Source of the DNA: Catajapyx aquilonaris
Lineage: Eukaryota
Assembly: GCA_000934665.2 (NCBI GenBank)
Contig: KZ538119.1
Location: 1 to 64,000 of the forward strand
Reading direction: 5' to 3'
DNA: 64,000 bases
The notes under the pieces are model-generated. The model was not told the origin of the DNA. It worked only from the letters and a program-made list of their open reading frames with translations, and ran no database searches. Both the position numbers and the translations under genes were made by a program. Below, piece by piece: positions 1 to 11,560 of the stretch. The first letter of the stretch is position 1. Each line of letters begins with the position of its first letter.

Positions 1-583
1 ATATTAGAGTAACGTGCTTACGCCCCAGCAGCGAAAATTCGCCGCTGTCCGCAGTCTTTCGTGGTGATTGTAAGAACTTTATGACCGCCCCTCGTATACA
101 AGTAATAGTAATAAAACAATTATTCTACCTCGTGTATACATCCTTTGGGTGGATTGCAAATATGACTGCAGTTTGTAGCTGGTCTAGTGATGAGCTAGGG
201 TTTAAGGCACATCTGCAGCAAGCCTGAAATGTGAGTCGGTCCATGGTTTGAACCCTGGTTCAGGTTAAAAATACAAATACATGCAGGGTGGCTAAGATGA
301 AGTTTAAACCTCATCTTCGTGAACCACACATTAAAGGAAGGGTTATGTCATTCAGCAAGTTGGGCGGCAGAAATTAGTAAAGAATAACTAATTGCAAATA
401 TGCCAGCAAAGTGTAACATAAGAGTCCTGTTTATTTTAATGTCAGTACCAACATGCAGCCATGTGGTAGCAAATAAGCGAAATAGTGCCAAAAAGGCTGA
501 AAACTATGCCATTCAACAAATTCCCTATAAACCCTCCCTCCTACAGGATGAGCTAATTGCATTGGCCCTTCTCCTCATAGGTA

Positions 584-794
584 CCCCCGCGAGCATAAAG
601 ATGGAGACGGCAGGCTCTTTTTTGACCTTTCTTTATCCGACTCAAATTAATGAACTCTTTTTGGACCGAGTTAGCTGCATCAGGCGTGTGTTCGTGTATT
701 TATGACACTATATTTGATACCGTAATAGCTGCAATTGGCAGAGCAGCCTGCCGAAGGTGAGGGCCTCCCGTCTCCATGTTTATGCTCGCAGGTG
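584..794. mobile_element. MITE with ~33-bp imperfect TIRs and TA target duplication
   Basis: ta|cccccgcgagcataaagatggagacgg ... ccgtctccatgtttatgctcgcaggtg|ta. Confidence 0.75.
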
Positions 795-986
795 TACCTG
801 TGATTCCAGTAGGAGTCCTGGGTGAGGCAATATTCCATTGCTGACTACCACAGATTATGGCTTGAACCTAATGCACTTGCTTTTGCAACGTCAGATTAAA
901 AATCTTACAATATATTTACGCGTAGAATCAGTGATCTTTTTCTGATTTGTGGAGCTCAACATTCTTAATTTGTAATGCATAGTGAC

Positions 987-3900
987 CTAGGGTTCATCAA
1001 TGACTATGAGTTCCTGCAACCCCATGCTTCCTCTGTGATCCCACTCATGAAACCTGGCAAGATCCTTCCTTGTTATCATCCCAACAACTTGATGTTCATT
1101 GTTCACAGCCACCAGGTGCCTCATGCCCAGGGCACGAAACAATGCATAAACACGAGGAAATAATGCCTTCTGTAAATCAAAAATTGAGCTTGATATTAAA
1201 ATTTCATTGAGTCTTGGACACCCTTTAACTAAAATAATTTTAAAGTAGATGTGACCATAATTTACCGGCGAAATTGTATAAGGAGTTTCGTTCATAAATG
1301 GATCCAGATTAACCCTTAAATTCAGATCATCTTCTGACACATGTATTTGCTGCAGTGTTGGATATCTCGGATATGCATCCCGAAACAACTTGATTGATGT
1401 TGTGAGTGTCCGTTCATCTTCATTTTCAAGATACAAGCGATGTTTGAGTAGCAACACCAGTTGCCACCTGAGGATCAGTCCACATAAACACCCAAAAGAG
1501 TTGTCAGAGGTCCTTATGGCATCTTCAACAATAGGAAATCCATTAAATTTCACTCTCCGTAGTATCCCAAGAATTTTCTTCACTGTTTCTGTCCTTTTAA
1601 GTGTGACCACATTTGGATTCATGACCTGTGAGGCACTAATGCCACTGGAAAGTGATGGTGGATCCCATGACAATACGGGTATCCCTGTCAGTTCCAAATG
1701 TATCTGATATATGCCGTCATTGAAGAAGTTGCCTACCCACCTAGATTGTGATTGAAAATATAAGAAGTGAGTGTGAATAAATATGTAACTGAATTCAAAA
1801 ATATTGTTACATGTGATGTGTAACTTTCATTGTGACAATTATACCACACAAATAGCCTAATAAAGTACACAGCGATGCAGATGTGAAATGCCATTATATG
1901 AGGCGCATCCAGAAAGTAGGTTCCAGTTTTTATTAGAAAAACCACAATGGACCCCCAAATATTTTATGTATTTTCACATAATTATGAAATCGACAACTGG
2001 CTAATATTTCACAAAATAGTTTCCAAACAAATCGGGGCATTTTTCATTGAGTTACACAATATTTTGTATGCCTATGTCATAGGAGTCTGCCTCCAGCCAT
2101 TTCTGCGACCCCTGAACGCTGCATTACAACTCCTCATCGTCGTCAACTGTCTTCTTTGTAAGCCATTTCTTCCTGTCCATGGACAGGTGGTAATTGCTAG
2201 GCTCTAAATCCCAGGTGATCGAAAAATTCAGACATGAATTGTTGTTGCAGAGTTCCAGTAAGCAAGGCAGTAGGCAGGGGGGGGTCATTGTCGTGCAAGA
2301 AAACACCCCGAAACTCAACATGATGCTATGTTTTTTCAACCCAAAGGTTTATTGTGAGGCATTACAGAAGTTAAGGAAGGCAATTCACAAGAAATATATT
2401 GGCATATTGAGTTTCGAGGTGTTTTCTTGCTCGACAATGCCCCCCTGCCTACTGCTTTGCTTACTGGAACTCTGCCGCAACAATTCAAGCGAGAATTTTT
2501 TGATCACCAGGGATTTAGAGCCTAGCGATTACAACCTGTCCATGGACAGGAAGAAATCGCCTGCAAAGCAGAAGGTTGACAACGAGGAGAGTTGCAATCC
2601 AGCGTTCAGGGGTCGCGGAAATGGCTGGTGGCAGACTTCTATGACATAGGCATACAAAATATTGTGTAACTAATGAAAAATGCCTAGATTTGGCTGAAAA
2701 CTATTCTGATAAAAAGTAGACAGTTGTCGATTTCAGATGTGTAAATAAAAATTACGGAGGTGCATTGTGGGTTTCCTAATTAAAAAACAAACAAAAAAAA
2801 ACAAAAAAACAGAACTCACTTTCTGGATGCACCTCGTAATAAGCCTAATCAAGGCCTAATTTATTATAGCAGGCCTAGGCTTACGGGTCTGAAAGTAAGA
2901 TAAAAATATTAGAATTTGACAATTTTCATCCATGCACTAACAGCACACAAAAAAAACTCAACAAATGTCCCTATTCACCCCATTTTACAGTAACAATTTT
3001 TTAATCAAGAGGCATGCTAACTGTTGCGAAACGGAGCTTGTGATTTTCACTGATGAACTTTTGGCCTAAAAGCTACCTGTGATGTATTTTATGCCAAATT
3101 GAAAGTGCGTTGCCAGTACAGAAGTACCGATAACTGATGCAGAATAGACCATGATTTCCATCAACATAAATGCCCTGAGCTAAACACTGAAGTATCTATA
3201 CAGAGTATTCAGTAGAGTAAAGCCTGTTTTTCAACCATAACCTGTAATCATGTACTGTACTGTATTATGCAAACACTTCAACATCACTGAATTTATCATT
3301 GGGTGTATGGAGAAGCAGAATAGAAGTAAAATAAAAAATTATGCACAAACACCTTATTAATTTCCAAAAGATATTTTTATCATGAAAATCTAGCATGTTT
3401 TTAGGGTTATTTGTCTGCAATTATCAATTAACAGAATCTAAAATGTTACCTTGAAAGACAGCCATGTTAACTGATAGGTACTATCACTGTAACGTCTGCA
3501 CCAAATTATTATCAGTAACAAGCACTGCTTGGACTAGTTCTTTCAATAATAACTCAATTGCTCCATACTCCCATGCCATTTCATTAGGTTGTTATTTTGC
3601 AAAATTACGGTACTTATCAATAAAGCAGTGTGTACACTTCACCTGTGAAGAATATTAGGCAGAGTAAGTAACAATCCTCACCTTGCAACCATAACTACAA
3701 ACATCAGTGGTAGGCCCACATCCAGAGATCCTGTTGCCTCCATCAACAGAACAACTAAACTGATGGTCATGCGTACTACTCCTGCGACCTGGGCTGCTGC
3801 ACCTACTAATGCAAAACAGTGTGTATGGGAAGCATATTTTGGCAGCACCAACCCAACAGCCACACCAAACAGTCGTCCCCAGCCTGCTCCAATCAGCAAT

Positions 3901-6900
3901 GTTGGCATGAAGAGACCACTGGCAATGGTGAGTCCATAAGTCCAGCAACCAAGCAGAAAGTAGGTTACAGAGAACATAAGCAATGTGCTCCATCTGAAAG
4001 CTTCAGAATCACTGCGTAAGAGACCCATAATGGCTGTTCGAGGTGTTGACATCCATAATGAAGCCACTGAATTATGCTGCCCATCAGGGCAGTCCATCTT
4101 CACTGGGTGTTCAGTATTGACCTTATTTGGCTGGCAGTCACTCATCAGAATCATGTAGCATATTCCAACAGCAGCTGTAACAACTGCTACAAACACGACT
4201 TCAGTCATCTTTATCCAGCCTTTGTACATGTACCTGCAAACATTGGGGCAATTAAAAGTTAAGGCACAGAAAACCTGCGAATGTGGACATAACATGTACG
4301 AAAATAAGGTCACCTAGGCACCAGTTGGAAACCGGATACCTGCTTGGATGAATGGCCTCATACATTAGCCTTCATCTCACATATCAACATGACATGTAGG
4401 CAAGGCCAAGATCTACAGTATTTTGAACAGGTACCCTATTCCACGTGGGTATCAAATTCTACGCAGGTATTGGACCTGCATGCCATGTGGAATTGCCTGA
4501 TCCATTTTCTAATCTAGGATGAGAGGGAAATCTGACAGCAGTATCATCAGCACTTGGAATGATTATCCCTTGGTCGCATCATCATAGTCTTCATCTACAT
4601 CAGTACAGCCAGATTCTATAACTACTGGTGGCAGGGAAAAATATCTGAATTCCTCATTCAACACCTTTTCATTATTCAGCAACAATCTCCCTGGGTGCCA
4701 TTAAGCCTTAGCATAATATTCTGCAAGAAGGGTTCATCCAACCATTACACCATCTCTATTTTCAATCCCTCCTCTCTCCTTGTCATATTTCAGGAACATT
4801 TGGCAGCCCCCTACCCACCTAGTTTTTATTACATCATCTTCCTCACAAATGAGTAATACTGTATGTACAATAATTATGGAAACATAATTCATCAGGGTGA
4901 GACTATTGACAAGTGGCCTCTAAGCAATTCCCTATAAGGGCCCTTATATCATCAGCACCTACCCTTCCATGGCACATCGTTTTGTCAAAGAAATGTGTTT
5001 CCCCCCCCCCCTCCCCTCCTATCTGGAGGGAGAGGTTCAGTAGTCCTACTGTGTAAGTTTAGACAACTGCCACACCACCTCTAACGTAAGATGAGCAATC
5101 CACAGATTAGGGAATGGATTTTTCCATACATTCAGTAATGTTGTACAGTTGAATCCGGATATAACAGCCTCGGCTGTAACAGACTTTTGGGTTTTACAGG
5201 CTAGAAAGGCCGGTCCCGCCATTCTTCCATAAGGCCCTACGTATTAGACTCAGTTTCACCTCACCTCAGGTATAACAGACCATTTCTTGATGCTTCGGCG
5301 AGAAAATATATGCAGTTTTGGATTGTTCAGCTTCCTTTCCCATGCGAGAAAAGCACTGCATACTGGAGCAAGGGTGATTTCCCCACCTGTCACTGGTTTA
5401 ACACCGAAAAGGTCAAAATCACGCTTTTTCTGGTACAGTAGCACCCCGATTATCCGACTCCTCGGTTTATCCGACTGTCCCGCTCTGGCAATAAATGTAC
5501 GTTTTCTCATCAAATACTGTAATGTTCTATGCATTTGTTTCTTTTGCCTGAGATAATTTGTAAATACAGTACAGTAGAGTATGCGTGTAAAGAAAAATAC
5601 TTAACTATTTCCTAGAAAACCGCAATATTGTACGTTATTTCATGTTTTTTGATGTGTTTTATTAGTTTTTAAAACTCCTCGGATTATCCGACCTTTTCGG
5701 TTATCCGACGATGCACCAGTCCCGCAGGTGACTGTTCTACTGTATATTTTTTTTCAGGAACGGGACAGAAGAAGAAAATTACTGATTTCTTTGAGTCCTG
5801 CCTAAGTTACGGGTGAGATAATTTTGCATGTTTGTGGATAGTTTCAAAACTTGCGATTTTGTTGCAAAAGTGAAGATTTGGCTACAACTGACCTCGGTTA
5901 TAACAGATTGATTTCCTCGGTCCCTTGAAATATGTTATATCAAGGTTATATCCAGATTCAACTGTACGTGAGTTTTTTCAGGGGATTTCCTCTTGATTCC
6001 TCGGAATTTCAAAATCCACCAACAGAAGCCATTGAGATTATCATAATAAAGTCATCAGGTTAATTAAAAGCATATCCATATGAGGCCACAGGACTATCAT
6101 TGGGTATTCACAATTATAATATATTGCTACATAGCCTACTATTGGAAATAACATAGAGATGTGTACAGTAGAGCAGCTAGATATTTCTCTGCCCAGGGGC
6201 CCTTTGCACAACCTCCATGCTTCACCAACAGCACCAGGATAGGCCTACTAGTCTAGGACATGCCAAGAAGACCATAATTACGTTGAAAGTGTAATGGTGT
6301 GAAACTAGCAGCTCCTCTACTAGCAAGTTCAACTGTCCTCATCTTTATGCTCACGACTGCATCTCTCAGTCACCCTGAAGGTTATGTGCAGAAGACTGAG
6401 TGAAAGTGAGTGTCCACCACATTTCCACCAAGATGGATCTGAGTTTACTTTTATTACACCTGGTCTACTTTCAATGCATTCCATATCAAAATGACAGAGA
6501 AAATCTCTTCCTAAAATGACTCAATGAGAAAGAGATGAGGTCTAACATTAGAGTGACCATTTATTTCTCATTCTCATGTTCATTCTCAGATGAGTGACAC
6601 CTCAACTCCCATTTCATTTCAACTATGAATTCATTGCTTGGGCCTTTACTTGTTGCCCTTTAGCTCCCCATTACAGAATGGGACTTACGAAAATCCAACT
6701 ATTAATACCTGATGCGAAAGACGGTGATCTTGAAGTTTAGGTAGTTGTAGAAGGCTCCCAACAAGCCTCCAATCACACCCATGATCAAGAATATAGGTAT
6801 TTCTGCTGCCTCATATGTGAAAGTGTCAAATGGTCCAAATCTGAGCAATCCTGAGTAAATCAAATTTCCAGGATGTCCCTGGAGTGCACTATGTGCCAGG

Positions 6901-9193
6901 TTTACAGTCAGGGCTGAAACTATGCAGCCAAAGAAGATCTTCCATGTGAGTGTTTCATTCCAAAAGCTGGTACCTTCTTCTAAACTGAACAAGATTCCAG
7001 CTATTGGTGCTCCAAAGGCAGCAGCAACTCCAGATGCAGCTCCGGCTGACACAAAGTCACGCTTGCTTCGATCATTCCGGAAATAATGGAGTATTCCAAA
7101 GTCATGCTTGAAGGTAGAGCTGATGCCCTGCGAAATCCCCGCAGCTATTACAGAACCACAGTGGATCATTGGGCCTTCCTACAAACAAGCAAATCATTGA
7201 CTGCAGGAGTGAAGGGAATGTGTAAAAGTTCATTGCTTTACACTGTGACCAACCAATACTGTATTGTAACTGATCAGCTGCTTAGAATCTTACTTAGCAC
7301 ATTACACACAATGTGAAATGTACTGATTCATCATTGTGCACATATTTAAAAATAACTTACCTTTCCAACTGCAAGGCCACCAATTTCAGCAAGAGTAACT
7401 CCAAATGACTTGACAAACAGGGTTTTGATGCGGGTAACATGTGGAATTTTCACACCATTCAAGTAGCATTTTACCCAAGGGATGCCACTGCCTGCTGCTG
7501 CAGGCTGAAACAAAAGCAGTTAATGTACACAAGTATCAGTAGCTATTCAAGTGACAGTGAAGGGACAATTGCATGGTCAGCCGTAACTCCACTTGATTTT
7601 TTCTTGTGGGTCATGTGAAAAGCATTTGCCTACATTTAGGATTTTGATGCTAAGTTTACACACAACACAATAAGTTTTTCTGACTTTTATAAAATGTTAC
7701 CCAAATATTTGCCATGCGAACAATTCAAATTTGTTGAAAAAATTGAGAAAATAACTTTGAGAGCTTTCCTTTGCAATGATGGAACTTAGATATGGTTTTT
7801 GAGATATAAATGTCATTGTCAGTTCGTTACTGGCCTAATCATCGGGACAACCAGTATTACTGAGGTGACGTCAGGTTCTCGTTAGAGATTTGACATCTAC
7901 AGCAACAACTACAGAGAAACTGTGGATCCCAGGGCCTCTTAATCTGAAATAGAAATAATGATAATGCCTAACTAGTCACTCACCTCTCCATATATAATAA
8001 TTAAAGAACCAATGAAAGATGGAATTGCATTCATGGCCAGCCAACTGATAAAAGGCACAACCAGCATGCAGTTATGTGTGGTGCAGTCAGAAATAGCTGA
8101 ACTCCAGTTAAAGAATATTCAGAGCCAGTCATCCCGTATAATATCAAGCAAAAGGATACATTTCTGAATATACTTGAATTTCAGAGCACACAACTCATCA
8201 ACTACTGCATCAATGCTGAATGCAAGTAGTGCAGTGAGTACCCCTATAACGAATATGACTATCCACCACATGCCATTCATCTTCCTCACATGTCTAGAGC
8301 TCAACTCTGCATCTTCACTTCTCTGGAGTGCGTTTGCAGGCATCGCATAATCCAGGCTCTACAAGTATCAAAACAGAAGGTTAACTTGGACTAAATGACT
8401 GTAAAGGGAGTTTCTATGATCAATATTGATCTTGCTCTGCTTTTTTTATTTACGATTGCAAACAAGCAGCAGTGGGAAAGTCAGACCCATCCAATGATTT
8501 GGGATATTAAATATTTTATTTAGTAATAATTCATACCCCGTTATCAGCCTATCGGCTCTTTAGGGGGAAAGTTTTTGTTTTGCCTGGAACTCTTTGCTTT
8601 CATTTTACTGCGCTTTTTGGGATAGGATAGGGACGGAAGGAAGCGGCTGTGGCCTATTAATTACGGAAGCAACTCTGGAATATTCCTGGAAGGACCGTGG
8701 GAAACCACAGAAAACCACGGTCAGAGTTGCCGGCCCCGGGATTCGAACCCAGGACCTCCCGATTAGCAGTCAGACGCCTTATCCACTATGCCAACCTGCT
8801 TCGGTACTTATTTTATTTAGTATCCTTTAGGATATCTCAAGCAAAAAAAATTTAAATCACCTCTGTAGCAATCCAAAGAATTACCTCATATTTTGCTGAT
8901 AAGAAGCCGAGCTCCTTATAATGCCTATGTTGAGACCAGAGAGAAACACTTTTCTTTGACTTGACAATCAAGCTCCTAATCGTGCTCGTTAAGGTTGCAC
9001 TGCTCATATCTGATGGTGGCTGTGATTGTTGTACACTTTCTGAATTATCATCTTCGCTGCTACGACTATTGCTCTGCAAGAAGAAATAGCAGCCTCACAT
9101 AAATGGATTCCAAACAACAAACTACACGATTACCTTTTTACTGAGTGTGTCACCCAGGCTCCTCAAAAACTTTCCGAGACTCTCTTTAGACAT
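987..9193 (-). CDS. CLC-7-like Cl-/H+ exchange transporter, divergent tandem paralog (copy B), ~794 aa, 9 coding exons
   Basis: Exons (minus): 9193-9134, 9073-8885, 8358-8160, 8096-7984, 7504-7361, 7178-6709, 4233-3682, 1740-1266, 1169-987. All introns are GT-AG with matching phases and there are no internal stops. Motifs: SAKYE|SLDY, GSGIP, GK|EGP, LFSLEEG, GLFMP, GIYQIH and two CBS domains ending RKDLARF. The start exon (MSKESLGK) is less certain. Confidence 0.9.
1899..2836. mobile_element. Palindromic mariner derivative (two inverted copies of the transposase 3' end plus TIR)
   Basis: TA|tgaggcgcatccagaaagt ... actttctggatgcacctcg|TA. The arms pair over ~420 bp. Decayed translation [12 protein letters not shown]...DLEPSDYNL resembles the mariner C-terminus (YC..L..LR.AI; DLAPSDY.LF). 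Confidence 0.85.
5146..5964. mobile_element. Tigger/pogo-like MITE (TA TSD) hosting a nested element
   Basis: TA|cagttgaatccggatataac ... gttatatccagattcaactg|TA; subterminal ctcgg.t.taacag repeats. Confidence 0.8.
5436..5742. mobile_element. Nested pogo-like MITE (TA TSD)
   Basis: TA|cagtag ... ctactg|TA with four ttatccgac subterminal repeats. Confidence 0.7.
8097..8159 (-). other. U12-type (minor spliceosome) GT-AG intron, 63 nt, in CLC copy B
   Basis: Donor T|GTATCCTTT; branch site TTCTTTAAC followed by TGGAGTTCAG|; splicing restores the frame ([13 protein letters not shown]). Confidence 0.88.
8525..8805 (-). mobile_element. tRNA-derived SINE, family 1, copy 1
   Basis: The minus-strand head has A box TGGCATAGTGG, an anticodon-arm-like gactgctaatc and B box GGTTCGAATCC. 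It is near-identical to 44197-44482 and flanked by the direct repeat tattttatttagta. Confidence 0.88.
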
Positions 9194-9791
9194 GGTCCTT
9201 CTAACCAAAATGTCTGGCCCAATCCTGCTTCACCAGTAATGACATATGGGTTAAGTAAAAATATTAGACCTAATGCTCTAAGGGTTATCAACTTGGCAGT
9301 GAATTAAAAAGTACAACAGGCATTTAAAAAAACAAAATTATGGTAGATAGGCAATCTTGATTATTTCTAGCCAACAATAAACTGTAACCATGTTTCCAGG
9401 TATTCAACCAAAGCTTATTCAAAACACAGCCAATGTGTGATTCTGATATAAGTGAGCCAGCATGGACATAACCATAATAATAATGGATACCCTGCGATAG
9501 GCCTCTTGGGCCCTTTAGGGAATCATCTTTTCATTCACCGACCTTATTCATTTGCCTGCGCTGTGATGGATTTTGATTGTCGGAGGAAACGGGAGAACCC
9601 CATGAAAACCCATGCGAACATGGAGGGCTTCGATGCACTTTAGCCCCCCACAAAATATTGCAGGTTTCGATATATTTCCTGAATCGCCTCGATGAGGTGT
9701 CGAATGACACTATTCCCAGGGTGGAGAAACGTTTCATCCAAAAGTAATTGAATTTTGAAAATGTACGTAATTAACAATGAATAAATACAAC

Positions 9792-10484
9792 ATAAATAAG
9801 TGTTCCTTTGTTGACAGGGTTTACTCCCATTGTTGCATGAGGGTATCTCTATGGAAACTTGTCCTGGGGATGCTGAATCATGATAAACAGTTGTTCTTGG
9901 TCCATTGGATATACACTAGAATGAGAGTACAGCAGGTGTTTTAATTTATCATCATTCAGGAGAATTCATGGACGAGGGATAGGTGGAATCAGGCAGCCTT
10001 CCTCGAAATAAGGAAGGAGGTGTCTCTTGGTCACTGTTCAAGGCCTCTTGCCTGCCGACAAGAGTGTTGCCGTAAAAGGCATCCTATTCTTGTTGATTTC
10101 TCAAGGCATATATTCAACTGCTTATTGAGTTGGTGTTATCTGTGAGGAGTTGGAGTGACCGCACCAGTACTGTCTGTCTTATGGTATGGTACGTCCAAAG
10201 TCACCTGTACATGATAATTTTAGTTAATTGCGGAGCATCAGAGGAGTTAGGTGCTTATTGTAAGTTTTGAATCAGCAACATTTACTGTCCTTCTTGTGGC
10301 GCTGCAGGCCAACGAACGCTATTGTGGCCTTGCCAGAGCCACCTCACACAACATCTACGCCGTCACAAGACGGACAGTAATGTTGCGAACACACAACCCT
10401 CAAATTATGTTTAAAATTACCATGGAGATGCCCTCACACAACAATGGGAGTAAACTCTTAAAACAAAGGAACACTTGTTTATTT
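9792..10484. mobile_element. ~690-bp element with ~63-bp imperfect TIRs between the two CLC genes
   Basis: aagtgttcctttgtt...gtttactcccattgttg...gagggtatctctatgg (9792-9856) is the reverse complement of ccatggagatgccctc...caacaatgggagtaaac...aacaaaggaacactt (10419-10484). The TSD is not resolved. Confidence 0.65.
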
Positions 10485-11560
10485 TCATCACAGCCGATTT
10501 TCATTCATTGTTAATTACATACATGCACCCTTACCAAAATCCCATTGGCTTTGGAAGTTTGGATTAACTGCCCTTCTCGCTCAACAAGGATGCAATCTGG
10601 AGCCAGTGCTGAAGAAAATATTCAACTCACCCAGAAAAAGGTATGTCCGATTTGTCCTCAATGATGGCACTGCAGGGGAGGCACTGGAGAGAAATCTCAT
10701 CCAAGAGTCGGGGAATGGGGGCCCTTGATTATTCGAGTCTGCTTCTGATAAGAACTCGGTAACATTGATTATATTATATTTTGACATTGTCCATGCATTT
10801 ATGGGTGGTGGTCAAAATAAAATTTCTACTTTCAGACAGTCACATTGTTATTGAGATAGACCTATTCTGGTATTTCTATGGACATTTTTATGGCAGTGAT
10901 AAAGGAGGCCCAATTTTTGAAATTGCATAATCATCATTAAAAATAGTTAATTAAATTGATAATAGCTCAGTCCTTCAAATAATAATACTACTCTGGGGAA
11001 CCAGTAGCACACAAACCTTGATTAGGGCCCTACATTAAATGCCAGTTTTAGTGACCAGTATAAATCAGTATAAATTGGGTTTAATTTACAATTTGCACAC
11101 AAGAATCGAAATAAAAAATCTTGTCTGTTCCAATCACCTTCTATGGTTATTTGAAGTTATTAAATATCACTGAAAATAAGTCCCCAGCCACACAATTCAT
11201 TCACGCTGGACATTTCCACTTTTTATTAACTTATTTTACATAAAGGCTTGACTTGTTCAAAATGGAAACTTAGTTTACTCTGACTTCCAGTTTTAAAAGT
11301 ACATTGGAGCAATACTACATGACTGGCAATACATTATTTGGCCGACACTGCATGCATCCATTAAAAGATTAAAGGTAATGCCCTAATCACAGCCTTTGAT
11401 TAAAATCACAGGCAGAACAAAATAATGCCTCTTACTGCTCTCACATATATAAAAACACTTTCGGTGTCCCAACATTAATACTTTGTGTTAAAAAAATAGT
11501 TTTGTGATAAATACAATCGGATAACAGCTTGACATGCAAGGCTGTCTGTCACCCTTGTGG

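Noticed and set aside
2124..2649. ORFs 2194-2649 (+) and 2124-2339 (-) as genes
   Set aside because: Frameshifted mariner remnants inside a palindromic element.
8725..8805. tRNA-Ser(GCT)-like gene (also at ~44400-44482)
   Set aside because: It is the head of a SINE with body, tail and TSD; no proper acceptor stem or long variable arm is evident.
9560..9630. ggaggaaacgggagaaccccatgaaaacccatgcgaac segment resembling a conserved SINE core domain
   Set aside because: Short degenerate fragment without a head, tail or TSD; it cannot be delimited.
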